This document shows positions 18,090 through 26,951 of a DNA stretch of 64,000 nucleotides, one piece after another. The position numbers were made by a program, and so were the translations under genes. The first letter of the stretch is position 1. The number at the start of each line of letters is the position of its first letter. This DNA comes from an uncultured Eubacteriales bacterium (GTDB taxonomy: Bacteria; Bacillota; Clostridia; Lachnospirales; CAZQDT01): the NCBI GenBank assembly GCA_964638835.1, contig CAZWZB010000002.1:19785-83784 (forward strand), read 5' to 3'. Under the pieces are notes generated by a model, which did not search any database, was not told where the DNA came from, and saw only the letters and a program-made list of their open reading frames with translations.

Positions 18090-18118
18090 TTGACAAAATA
18101 TTTTGCTTTGTGTAGAAT
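18090..18118 (+). promoter_or_regulatory. Near-consensus sigma-A promoter for the P-type ATPase
   Basis: TTGACA (18090-18095), 17-nt spacer ending in TG, TAGAAT (18113-18118). It leaves an AT-rich leader of about 190 nt. Confidence 0.6.
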
Positions 18119-18312
18119 TAGAAAATAAAATGTTAGTTTTTAAAAAATATACGTTACTTTTATAAATAATTAATTTTATTTTATACTTGTAGAATTGTAT
18201 TTAAATTACCAAAGTAAATAAGTATACTTGTTAAAATATTTGTAAAGAATATATTAGTATTTATACTTAATTTAAAACTACATTTAGATTAATGGAAGGT
18301 GTGTTAAATTTT

Positions 18313-20958
18313 ATGAAAGTGGGTTTAAACGATAGGGAAGTAGTAGAACAGAGGCAGAAGTATGGTTCTAATATGCTAAGCGAAGTTAAATCTGAAAGTT
18401 TTTGGGACAAATTAAAAGGCAACTTTGGTGACCCAATGATAAAAATTCTTTGTGTAGCTCTTGCTATAAATGTTGTATTTGCTTTTCTTGGTCAAACGGA
18501 GTGGTATGAACCTGTTGGAATTGCTGTAGCTGTTATACTTGCAACATTTGTATCAACATTTTCTGAGTATAGGAATGAAAATGCTTTTCAAAAATTACAA
18601 GAAGAAGCTTCTAAAATTAAAGTTAAAGCTCATCGTAATGGTGATATTACAGAGATTGCTATCGAAGATGTTGTTGTGGAAGATTGTATTTTACTTCAAT
18701 CTGGTGATAAAATACCTGCTGATGGTATTTTAATTGAAGGTAGTATAAAAGTTGACCAATCTGTATTAAATGGCGAAAGCAAAGAAGCTACTAAAAAAGC
18801 AATACCTAAAGATTATGTAGAAGAAAATACAGCAATGGACTTTTTGAATGAATATAAAGTTTTTCGTGGAACTATAGTTTGTTCTGGTAATGCTACTATG
18901 AAAGTTACTACTGTAGGTGATAAATCAGTATATGGTAAAATTGCTAGTGAACTACAAATTAATGATGAAAGAGATTCTCCTCTTAAAGTAAAATTAGGGA
19001 AACTTGCAGAACAAATAAGTAAATTTGGGTACATAGGTGGTTTATCAATTGCAATTGCATTTTTACTACAAAAAATTGTAATTCACAATAGTTTTGATAT
19101 GTCACTAATTGTACAATATTGTTCAAATTGGACTAATATAGTAAAAGATATTGTTGATGCAATAATCCTTGCAGTAATAATTATTGTTATGGCAGTTCCT
19201 GAAGGACTACCACTTATGATTGCAATAGTTTCTTCTTTGAATATGGGTAAAATGTTAAAAGACAATGTTCTTGTTCGTAAAATTGCAGGAATAGAAACAG
19301 CAGGTAGTTTAAATATACTTTTTAGTGATAAGACAGGAACCATTACAAAAGGACAATTAGAAGCAGTTGTATTTGTAGATGGGGAAGGTAAAAACCACAA
19401 CAAATACTCAGATATTAAAGTTGGGCTTAGAAAAATACTGTCACTTAGTATACAAGAAAATACAAATGCTGTAATCACCCATGAAAAAGGAAACAGAAAA
19501 ATAATTGGTGGTAATGCTACTGAAAGAGCAGTAGTTGGTTTTATTACTGACTCAGAAAATAGTATTAATGTAAAGAAAGGTGTTTCTATTCCATTTAATA
19601 GCGAAAATAAATATTCTGCTACTTACGTTTATGGTGATTATAACTTTACGCTTATTAAGGGAGCTCCTGAAAAAATTATTTCAAAATGTACAAGTTATTT
19701 TGATTTAGATGGTAATAAGCAACAAGTTTCAAATTTTAATGAGCTTGAAAAGCAAATTGATATTTTAGCTAATAGAGCAATTAGAGTTTTAGCAATTGCT
19801 GTTACAGATAAAGAACTTGATGAAAATTCATTACCAGATGGTGAATGGACTTTAGTTGGAGTTTTAGGAATAAGAGATGAAGTAAGACCAGAATCTATTA
19901 CAGCTATTTCAGAAGTTCAAAATGCTGGGGTTCAAGTAGTTATGATAACTGGAGATAGAAAAGATACAGCAGTTGCAATTGCAAAAGAAGCAGGTTTATT
20001 AAAAAATTCAGATGACATTGTTTTAACATCTGATGAACTGCAAGAAATACCAGATGAAAAATTAAAAACTATGTTATCTAAAATACGAGTAATTTCAAGA
20101 GCTTTACCAAGTGATAAAAGTAGACTTGTTAGGGTTGCTCAAGAAAACAATTTAGTAGTTGGTATGACAGGTGATGGCGTAAATGACTCACCAGCACTTA
20201 AAAAAGCAGATGTTGGTTTTGCTATGGGTGGAGGAACAGAAGTTGCAAAAGAAGCAAGCGATATCGTTATAATGGATGATAACTTTAGCTCTATTGACAA
20301 AGCTATTTTATATGGAAGAACTATTTTTAATAGTATACGTAAATTTATAATATTCCAATTAACAATAAATGTTTCAGCGGTTCTTGTTTCATTTATATCA
20401 CCATTAGTGGGTATAGAACATCCTTTAACTATAACTCAAATTTTATGGATTAACTTAGTTATGGATACTTTAGCAGCATTAGCTTTTGGTGGAGAGCCGG
20501 CATTAAAAAGATTTATGCATGAAAAACCAAAACGTCGTGATGAAAATATAGTAAGTAGTTATATGTGGGGTGCCATATTAACAGGTGGTATATGGATTTT
20601 AATATTAAGTATGTTTATGTTACTTTCACCATTTATTAAAACAATATTTAGAGCAAGTTCTGATAATGAATATTTATTAACTGGATATTTTACATTCTTT
20701 ATATTTGCAGCAGTATTTAATGCTTTTAATGCTAGAACAGATAGTATTAATATTTTTGATAACATTAATAAAAATACTGGTTTTATAAAGATAATTTTAA
20801 TAATTATTGTTGTTCAAGTTATTTTAACTCAAATTGGTGGAGCAGTATTAAGATGTTATGGTCTTGTTTTAAATGAATGGATTTTAGTAATTTTAATGGG
20901 TATTACAATTATCCCAATTGATTTAATAAGAAAATTCTTTCAAAGAAAAAAAAGTTAA
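18313..20958 (+). CDS. P2-type cation-transporting ATPase, probably calcium-translocating (PMCA/SERCA-like)
   Basis: 'DKTGTITKG', M4 motif 'VPEGLPLMIAIV', 'TGDGVNDSPALKKADVGFAMG', ten predicted TM helices. I prefer the ATG at 18313, because GGAAGGTG lies upstream and the track start at 18292 falls inside that RBS. Confidence 0.8.
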   Translation: MKVGLNDREVVEQRQKYGSNMLSEVKSESFWDKLKGNFGDPMIKILCVALAINVVFAFLGQTEWYEPVGIAVAVILATFVSTFSEYRNENAFQKLQEEASKIKVKAHRNGDITEIAIEDVVVEDCILLQSGDKIPADGILIEGSIKVDQSVLNGESKEATKKAIPKDYVEENTAMDFLNEYKVFRGTIVCSGNATMKVTTVGDKSVYGKIASELQINDERDSPLKVKLGKLAEQISKFGYIGGLSIAIAFLLQKIVIHNSFDMSLIVQYCSNWTNIVKDIVDAIILAVIIIVMAVPEGLPLMIAIVSSLNMGKMLKDNVLVRKIAGIETAGSLNILFSDKTGTITKGQLEAVVFVDGEGKNHNKYSDIKVGLRKILSLSIQENTNAVITHEKGNRKIIGGNATERAVVGFITDSENSINVKKGVSIPFNSENKYSATYVYGDYNFTLIKGAPEKIISKCTSYFDLDGNKQQVSNFNELEKQIDILANRAIRVLAIAVTDKELDENSLPDGEWTLVGVLGIRDEVRPESITAISEVQNAGVQVVMITGDRKDTAVAIAKEAGLLKNSDDIVLTSDELQEIPDEKLKTMLSKIRVISRALPSDKSRLVRVAQENNLVVGMTGDGVNDSPALKKADVGFAMGGGTEVAKEASDIVIMDDNFSSIDKAILYGRTIFNSIRKFIIFQLTINVSAVLVSFISPLVGIEHPLTITQILWINLVMDTLAALAFGGEPALKRFMHEKPKRRDENIVSSYMWGAILTGGIWILILSMFMLLSPFIKTIFRASSDNEYLLTGYFTFFIFAAVFNAFNARTDSINIFDNINKNTGFIKIILIIIVVQVILTQIGGAVLRCYGLVLNEWILVILMGITIIPIDLIRKFFQRKKS

Positions 20959-20973
20959 TAAAATAAAATTCAA

Positions 20974-21010
20974 ATTTCGCACTTCATTTTGGAGTGCGAA
21001 ATTCATTTTT
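20974..21010 (+). terminator. Terminator after the ATPase gene (CGCACT...AGTGCG hairpin family)
   Basis: ATTTCGCACT-tcattttgg-AGTGCGAAAT followed by TCATTTTT. Confidence 0.7.
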
Positions 21011-21061
21011 ATTTAAATTAATAAATCCAAGAGTAAATTAATAAAAAATATCTAAAAAACA

Positions 21062-21098
21062 GTTACACTTTTTGAAAAAGTGTAACTGAAAATTGAAG
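21062..21098 (+). other. Hairpin + AAAATTGAA motif (H1), left of the terD array
   Basis: GTTACACTTTTT-g-AAAAAGTGTAAC followed by TGAAAATTGAAG. Related to 25407-25444 and 25508-25546. Confidence 0.7.
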
Positions 21099-21193
21099 CT
21101 ATGGATAATAAATTATTTTATATATATGATTGACAATTAATTTGAATTATATGAATAGAGTTGCACTTTTTTTAATAGAATTGCATATGTTAC

Positions 21194-21221
21194 TTGTTTT
21201 TTTATTTTACATTCTTATAAT
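21194..21221 (+). promoter_or_regulatory. Promoter of terD copy 1
   Basis: TTGTTT (21194-21199), 16-nt spacer, TATAAT (21216-21221). Homologous to the promoters of copies 2 and 3. Confidence 0.5.
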
Positions 21222-21299
21222 AAAATTTATAGTAACTAAAATTTTTAATAATAAAATATTTTTAAAAATTAATTCAAATAATGAAGGGAGAAATTTAAA

Positions 21300-21881
21300 A
21301 TGGCTGTTAATTTAAAAAAGGGGCAGAAAGTAGATTTAACAAAAACAAATCCGGGTTTAACTAAATTAATTGTTGGATTAGGTTGGGACTTAAACAAATA
21401 TGATGGTGGTTTTGATTTCGATTTAGATGTTTCGGTTTTTTTATTATCTGAAACAGGTAAAGTTTTAAGCGATAGTGATTTTATATTTTATAATAACAAA
21501 AAGCACCCAAGTGATTCTGTTATTTATCATGGTGATGATTTAACAGGTGAAGGTGATGGTGATGATGAAATAGTGACTGTTGATTTATCAAAAGTACCTC
21601 CTAATATTTCAAAAATAAGTTTTACTGTTACAATTAATGAAGCTGACACTAGAAAACAAAACTTTGGTATGGTTTCTAATGCTTATATTCATGTATTAAA
21701 TGAAGATAAAAAAGAAGAACTTATAACATATGATTTAGATGAAGATTTTTCAATAGAAACAGCAGTTATTATTGCTGAATTATATAGAAATGGCTCCGAA
21801 TGGAAGTTTAATGCTATAGGTAGTGGTTTTGAAGGTGGTTTGGCTGCTCTTTGTAATAATTTTGGTATATCAACTAATTAG
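21300..21881 (+). CDS. TerD-domain stress protein, paralogue 1
   Basis: '[12 protein letters not shown]', 'GLGWD', 'DFDLD', '[13 protein letters not shown]', '[11 protein letters not shown]'. Confidence 0.9.
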   Translation: MAVNLKKGQKVDLTKTNPGLTKLIVGLGWDLNKYDGGFDFDLDVSVFLLSETGKVLSDSDFIFYNNKKHPSDSVIYHGDDLTGEGDGDDEIVTVDLSKVPPNISKISFTVTINEADTRKQNFGMVSNAYIHVLNEDKKEELITYDLDEDFSIETAVIIAELYRNGSEWKFNAIGSGFEGGLAALCNNFGISTN

Positions 21882-21925
21882 TTATATACTTAAAATTTAA
21901 TATTTTTAAACAATATATATATTAC

Positions 21926-21953
21926 TTGTATTTTTATTTTAAAATGATATAAT
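21926..21953 (+). promoter_or_regulatory. Promoter of terD copy 2
   Basis: TTGTAT (21926-21931), 16-nt spacer, extended -10 TGATATAAT (TATAAT at 21948-21953). Confidence 0.55.
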
Positions 21954-21993
21954 AAAATTGTAATAATTAAATTTATTCAAAGGAGAGATACAA

Positions 21994-22575
21994 ATGGCTA
22001 TTAGCTTACAAAAAGGACAAAAAGTAGATTTAACAAAAACAAATCCGGGTTTAACTAAATTAACTATTGGTTTAGGCTGGGATATAAATAAATATGATGG
22101 TGGTTTTGATTTCGATTTAGATGCTTCTGTTTTTTTATTATCTGAAACAGGCAAAGTTTCAAGTGAAGCTGATTTTGTATTTTATAATAATAAAGAACAT
22201 TTAAGTGGTTCTGTTATTTATCAAGGAGATAATTTAACAGGTTTAGGCGATGGTGATGATGAGGTTGTTAATGTTGACTTATCAAAAGTACCTGCTAACA
22301 TTTCAAAAATAAATTTTACAGTTACAATTAATGAAGCTAATACTAGAAAACAAAATTTTGGTATGGTTTCTAATGCTTATATTCGTGTTGTAGATGAAAC
22401 TAAAAATGAAGAACTTATACGTTATGATTTAGGTGAAGATTTTTCAATAGAAACAGCAGTTATTATTGCTGAATTATATAGAAATGGTTCTGAATGGAAA
22501 TTTAATGCTATAGGTAGTGGTTTTGAGGGTGGTTTAGCTGCTCTTTGTAACAATTTTGGTATATCAACTAATTAA
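21994..22575 (+). CDS. TerD-domain stress protein, paralogue 2
   Basis: Same hallmarks as paralogue 1. The last 46 residues are identical to paralogue 1, although the DNA differs at synonymous sites. Confidence 0.9.
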   Translation: MAISLQKGQKVDLTKTNPGLTKLTIGLGWDINKYDGGFDFDLDASVFLLSETGKVSSEADFVFYNNKEHLSGSVIYQGDNLTGLGDGDDEVVNVDLSKVPANISKINFTVTINEANTRKQNFGMVSNAYIRVVDETKNEELIRYDLGEDFSIETAVIIAELYRNGSEWKFNAIGSGFEGGLAALCNNFGISTN

Positions 22576-22592
22576 TATAAATTAATTATATA

Positions 22593-22624
22593 TTGCTTGT
22601 TTTTTTACCTTAAAATGATATAAT
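22593..22624 (+). promoter_or_regulatory. Promoter of terD copy 3
   Basis: TTGCTTGTTT region plus extended -10 TGATATAAT (TATAAT at 22619-22624). The -35 spacing is ambiguous. Confidence 0.45.
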
Positions 22625-22667
22625 AAAGTTGTAATAACTAAACTTATTTTATAAAGGAGAAATACAA

Positions 22668-23246
22668 ATGGCTATTAGTTTACAAAAAGGACAAAAAGTA
22701 GATTTAACAAAAACAAATCCTGGACTAGCTAAATTAATTATTGGTTTAGGCTGGGATACAAATAAATATGATGGTGGCTTTGATTTTGACTTAGATGCAG
22801 CAGCTTTTTTACTTGGTGAAAATACTAAAGTTTCAACTGAAGCTGATTTTATATTTTATAATAATAAAGAACATTCAAGTGCTTCTGTTATTCATCAAGG
22901 AGATAACTTAACAGGTTTAGGTGATGGTGACGATGAAATAATATTAATTGATTTATCAAAAGTACCTGCAAATATTCATAAAATAGACTTTACTGTAACA
23001 ATTCATGAAGCTGATTCTAGAAAACAAAATTTTGGTATGATTTCTAATGCTTATATTCGTGTTATAGATGAAGCAAAAAACGAAGAACTTTTACGCTATG
23101 ATTTAGGTGAAGATTTTTCTGTAGAAACAGCAGTTGTTGTTGGGGAATTATATAGAAATGGCTCTGAGTGGAAATTTAATGCTATAGGTAGTGGTTTTCA
23201 AGGTGGCTTAGCAGCTCTTTGTAATAATTTTGGTATTCAAATTTAA
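22668..23246 (+). CDS. TerD-domain stress protein, paralogue 3
   Basis: '[12 protein letters not shown]', 'DFDLD', '[13 protein letters not shown]', '[11 protein letters not shown]'. Confidence 0.9.
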   Translation: MAISLQKGQKVDLTKTNPGLAKLIIGLGWDTNKYDGGFDFDLDAAAFLLGENTKVSTEADFIFYNNKEHSSASVIHQGDNLTGLGDGDDEIILIDLSKVPANIHKIDFTVTIHEADSRKQNFGMISNAYIRVIDEAKNEELLRYDLGEDFSVETAVVVGELYRNGSEWKFNAIGSGFQGGLAALCNNFGIQI

Positions 23247-23256
23247 TAATCTTTTT

Positions 23257-23285
23257 AAGGAACGCTATTAGCGTTCCTTATCTAT
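23257..23285 (+). terminator. Weak hairpin after terD copy 3
   Basis: AAGGAACGC-tatta-GCGTTCCTT. The T-run is poor. Confidence 0.4.
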
Positions 23286-23343
23286 TTAACATAATATAAG
23301 TAAAATTTTGGAAGTTTGATTAAATTTATGAGGTGGGTATTTT

Positions 23344-24030
23344 ATGAGTTACGAAATATTATACGAAGGTGCATTTCCTATTATTAAATATAATTTACAA
23401 AAAGGAGAACAATTAAAAGCAGAATCTGATGCAATGGTTGCTATGTCAGGTACACTTGATGTAACAGGTGGAGTTGAGGGTGGATTTCTTCGTGGACTAA
23501 CTCGAATGTTATCAGGTGAAAATTTTTTCTTTCAATATATTACAGCATCACGTGGTAATGGTGAAGTTTTGTTAGCTCATGCATTACCTGGTGGTATATT
23601 AGATATAGAACTTGATGGCAGCTATGGTTTAAATATTCAAAAAGATGGTTTTTTAGCTGCTACTTCCGGTATTGAAATTGATACTAAAATGCAAAATTTA
23701 ATGCAAGGTATATTTTCAAGAGAAGGTCTTTTTATATTAAAAGCTTCTGGAAAAGGAACAATATTTGTTAGTAGCTATGGAGCAATACACCCTATTAATT
23801 TAGAACAGGGTGAAGAATTTATTGTTGATAATGGGCATTTAGTTGCTTGGGCTGACTATATGGAGTATAAAATAGAAAAAGCGTCTAATGGTTGGATATC
23901 AAGTTTTATGTCAGGAGAATGTTTAGTTTGTAGATTTAGAGGACCTGGTGTTGTATTAATACAAACAAGGAATCCAAATGGACTTAAAGGTTGGTTAATG
24001 AAATTAGGTTTTTCTTTAAATAATAAATAA
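23344..24030 (+). CDS. AIM24 / TIGR00266 (DUF124) family protein
   Basis: 'LQKGEQLKAESDAMVAMSG..', 'SGENFFFQ', 'GEVLLAHALPGGI', 'FLAATSGIE', 'GLFILKASGKGTIFVSSYGAI', 'VDNGHLVAW'. The repetitive beta-rich pattern is typical of AIM24. It is a recurrent partner of TerD clusters. Confidence 0.8.
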   Translation: MSYEILYEGAFPIIKYNLQKGEQLKAESDAMVAMSGTLDVTGGVEGGFLRGLTRMLSGENFFFQYITASRGNGEVLLAHALPGGILDIELDGSYGLNIQKDGFLAATSGIEIDTKMQNLMQGIFSREGLFILKASGKGTIFVSSYGAIHPINLEQGEEFIVDNGHLVAWADYMEYKIEKASNGWISSFMSGECLVCRFRGPGVVLIQTRNPNGLKGWLMKLGFSLNNK

Positions 24031-24044
24031 TTAAGGAGTTTTTT

Positions 24045-24668
24045 ATGTCAGTAAATTTACAAAAAGGACAAAAAGTGGACTTAACAAAAGGAAATTCAAG
24101 TTTAAAAAATTTAATAATTGGACTAGGGTGGAATAACAATAAAGAAACAAATAGCCAAAAAAAAGGTTTTTTTGCTTCAGTTTTTTCATCTGATAATTAT
24201 GATTTTGACTGTGATTCATCTGTATTTTTATGTGATACTAATGGTAAAATAGCTAATAATGAAGATATAATTTATTTTGGTAGATTAAAACATTCAACAG
24301 GTTGCGTACAACATATGGGTGATAATTTAACTGGTTCAGATAGCAATAATACTAAAGATGATGAACAAATCCATATTAAATTACTTGAAGTGCCACAAAA
24401 CTATAGTAAACTTGTTTTTGTAGCTAATATATATAATGCTATCAAAAGAAAACAAGATTTTGGAATGATTAGTAGTGCATTTATTAGGATAGTTGATGGT
24501 GATACTAATAAAGAACTTTGTAGATATAATTTAACTGAAAGCTATGCCGGAAAAATAGCAATGATTTTTGGTGAGGTATATCGACATAATAATGAATGGA
24601 AATTTCAAGCAATAGGTGAAGGAACAAGTGATGAGAGTGTGTCTGATATGGCAAAAAGATATAAATAA
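24045..24668 (+). CDS. Divergent TerD-domain protein, paralogue 4
   Basis: '[12 protein letters not shown]', 'GLGWN', 'DFDCD', 'GDNLTGSDSNNTKDDE', 'EWKFQAIGEG'. It has an extra ~20-aa insert after GLGWN and a degenerate acidic loop. Confidence 0.8.
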   Translation: MSVNLQKGQKVDLTKGNSSLKNLIIGLGWNNNKETNSQKKGFFASVFSSDNYDFDCDSSVFLCDTNGKIANNEDIIYFGRLKHSTGCVQHMGDNLTGSDSNNTKDDEQIHIKLLEVPQNYSKLVFVANIYNAIKRKQDFGMISSAFIRIVDGDTNKELCRYNLTESYAGKIAMIFGEVYRHNNEWKFQAIGEGTSDESVSDMAKRYK

Positions 24669-24793
24669 AATTAATATTTAGAAATAACTTTGGTAAGATA
24701 ATTACTTATTATGAATAATATAAAGTTGAAATTTTGTACAAACTCTATTTATACATTTTTTTACTTTATTAAATATACAAATAGGAGGAATTA

Positions 24794-25381
24794 ATGATGG
24801 GTGTAAATTTATCAAAAGGACAAAGAGTAAGTTTAGATAAGTCAATGAAAATGGCATTAATAGGTTTAGGTTGGGATACTAACCAGTATGATGGTGGATG
24901 TGATTTCGATTTAGATGCATGTGCCTTTTTAGTTGGTCAAAACGGTAAAGTATCTAATGATGATGATTTTATATTTTATAATAATTTAACTTCAAGAAAT
25001 GAAGCAGTTATTCATACAGGTGATAATTTAACAGGCGAAGGTGAAGGCGATGACGAAATTATTTTAATTAATTTTGAAAAAGTGCCAGCAGATGTACAAA
25101 AAATTGCAATTACTGTTACTATTCATGAAGCAATGACACGTAGACAAAATTTTGGTATGGTTAAAAACGCTTATGTAAGAGTTGCTAAAATGCAAAGTGA
25201 AAATGATACAATTGGTGTTGAAGCGTTACGTTATGATTTAGGTGAAGATTTTTCTGTAGAAACAGCAATCGTTGTTTGTGAAATTTATAAATACGGTAGT
25301 GAATGGAAATTTAGTGCTGTAGGTTCAGGATATCAGGGTGGACTCAGTTCACTATGCCAAAGCTTTGGAGTTAATGTATAA
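24794..25381 (+). CDS. TerD-domain stress protein, paralogue 5
   Basis: '[10 protein letters not shown]', 'GLGWD', 'DFDLD', '[13 protein letters not shown]', '[11 protein letters not shown]'. It has its own AGGAGG RBS. Confidence 0.88.
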   Translation: MMGVNLSKGQRVSLDKSMKMALIGLGWDTNQYDGGCDFDLDACAFLVGQNGKVSNDDDFIFYNNLTSRNEAVIHTGDNLTGEGEGDDEIILINFEKVPADVQKIAITVTIHEAMTRRQNFGMVKNAYVRVAKMQSENDTIGVEALRYDLGEDFSVETAIVVCEIYKYGSEWKFSAVGSGYQGGLSSLCQSFGVNV

Positions 25382-25406
25382 GTGTTTTATAGTTTATTAA
25401 AAATAT

Positions 25407-25444
25407 GTTGACACTTTTTAAAAAGTATCAACAAAAATTCAAGG
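25407..25444 (+). other. Hairpin + AAAATTCAA motif (H2)
   Basis: GTTGACACTTTTT-a-AAAAGTATCAAC followed by AAAAATTCAAGG. Confidence 0.7.
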
Positions 25445-25507
25445 CCTATAAAATCCCAATTAATATGATAAATTCAAGAAAAAATTAATAAAATATATGT
25501 AAAAAAT

Positions 25508-25546
25508 CTTGACACTTTTTTAAAAGTGTCAAGAAAAATTCAAATC
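25508..25546 (+). other. Hairpin + AAAATTCAA motif (H3)
   Basis: CTTGACACTTTTTT-AAAAGTGTCAAG followed by AAAAATTCAAATC, 101 nt after H2. Confidence 0.7.
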
Positions 25547-25597
25547 AACTTAAAAGAATCTAAATTAGATTTGCAAACAAAAGAAAGGAATTCATAT

Positions 25598-26404
25598 ATG
25601 AAAAACAAATTGATGAGTTTAAAAGTAGACTTTGCTTTTAAAGAAATAATGAATGATGAAATAGTGAGAAATAGTTTTATATCTGCTGTATTAAAAATAC
25701 CAATGGAAGATATTAAATCCACACAAATTTTAAATACATATTTGAGAAAAGAACATATAGAAGATAAACAAGGAATATTAGATGTAAGAGTAACTTTAAA
25801 CAATATGGAAATAGATATAGAAATACAAGTTGAACCTTTTAAACATTGGGAAGATAGAACTTTATTTTATACTTCAAAAATGTATATTGAATCGATAGAA
25901 GCAGGAGATAGTTATAATGTATTAAAAAAGATAGTAAATATAAGTATATTGGATTTTAATTTATTAAAAGAAGAAAATTTCCATAATTCATTCCATATAC
26001 GAAATGATGAAAGTCATACAATTTATACAGATAAGATGGAGTGGCATACAATCGAATTACCTAAAATACCAAAAAACACAAATACAATAAATGATTTATT
26101 AGAATTATGGGCAAGTTTTATACAAAACTCTGAAAATGAGGAGGTCGTTCAAGTGTTAGCTAAAAAAAGTGAATATATAGACACTGCATATAATGTGTTG
26201 CAAAAAATATCTACTGATAAAGAAAAAAGAATGGAATATGATGCACGACAAAAAGCAATTTACGACCAGAACACCTTAAAGATACAACATAAAGAGGAAG
26301 GCGGAAAAGAAAAAGCATTAAAATTAGGATTACTTATTGAACAAATTTCTGAAATAACAGAATTAACTATAGAAGAAGTAGAAGCTTTAAAAATAAATAA
26401 CTAA
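25598..26404 (+). mobile_element. Rpn-family recombination-promoting nuclease / putative transposase (PD-(D/E)XK, TIGR01784/YhgA-like)
   Basis: N-terminal 'LKVDFAFKEIMNDE..' and the 'GILDVRV...MEIDIEIQV' D...ExQ/K core. The C-terminal tail is 'ELTIEEVEALK'. I moved the start to the ATG at 25598 (AAAGGAA RBS), because the track GTG at 25526 lies inside hairpin H3. Confidence 0.8.
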
Positions 26405-26439
26405 TAAACTTTAAAGTTATCGAAAATAAAGGAGATGTT

Positions 26440-26835
26440 CAAATGTCATTGCAAAAAATATCTTAGGATAAACAAAAAAAGATGGAAGAAGATGCAAGAC
26501 TTAAAGCTTTTTATGATTTTAATACTTTAAAAATACAATATAAAGAAGAAGGTTATATAGTAGGTGCAGCAATTGCTGTAGGTGAAGCAATCATTAGGTG
26601 TAAAGGTGAAGAAATAGAATTTACTTTAGGTGATACTTTAGGTGAAGAAATAGAATTTACTTTAGGTGATACTTTAGGTGAAGAAATAGAATTTATTTTA
26701 AGAGAAATGAATTCAGAAGTCATTAAAAATTTTCTTAATTTATTAAATGAGTTAAACATATCTGAGCTAGACACCTTAGCTTCAGAGTTCAAATTAAACC
26801 AAAAAGAAATAGAAGCTTTAAAAGAATTAATGTAA
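26440..26835 (+). pseudogene. Decayed duplicate of the Rpn-gene 3' end
   Basis: 'MSLQKIS*DKQKKMEEDARLKAFYDFNTLKIQYKEEG' (in-frame TAG at 26464-26466) parallels 'VLQKISTDKEKRMEYDARQKAIYDQNTLKIQHKEEG' in the intact gene. It ends '..NQKEIEALKELM', compared with 'TIEEVEALKINN'. Confidence 0.6.
26605..26700 (+). repeat. 36-nt tandem repeat (about 2.6 copies) inside the Rpn fragment
   Basis: GGTGAAGAAATAGAATTTACTTTAGGTGATACTTTA occurs twice perfectly plus one partial copy. It encodes GEEIEFTLGDTL. Confidence 0.9.
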
Positions 26836-26951
26836 AAATTTATCACAATATTGCCTTTAATCATAAAGAGAGTATTCAAGTCGTTAGGAAATTAAAAGAA
26901 TACTTTCTTTAATTTTAATATTTAGTTTTTAAAAGAAGGACAGGTTTTATA

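Larger units (their letters stand above)
21190..23246 (+). repeat. Tandem triplication of a ~680-bp promoter+terD unit
   Basis: Starts at 21300, 21994 and 22668 (periods of 694 and 674 nt). The upstream regions share TTGT(A/T)TTTTTATTTTA...(C/G)(T/A)TATAATAAA(A/G)TT. Confidence 0.85.

Noticed and set aside
21130-21315. 61-aa ORF starting at a TTG inside 'TTGACA', upstream of terD copy 1. Related case: the 21939-22154 minus ORF.
   Set aside because: It covers the promoter/leader that is duplicated in front of terD copies 2 and 3. It is hydrophobic, low-complexity and lacks an RBS, so I treat it as non-coding.
26605-26700. A perfect 36-nt direct repeat that could superficially suggest a CRISPR array.
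   Set aside because: The repeats are directly adjacent with no spacers, lie in-frame within the Rpn-fragment ORF (GEEIEFTLGDTL units), and no cas genes are present. It is a coding tandem repeat, not a CRISPR array.
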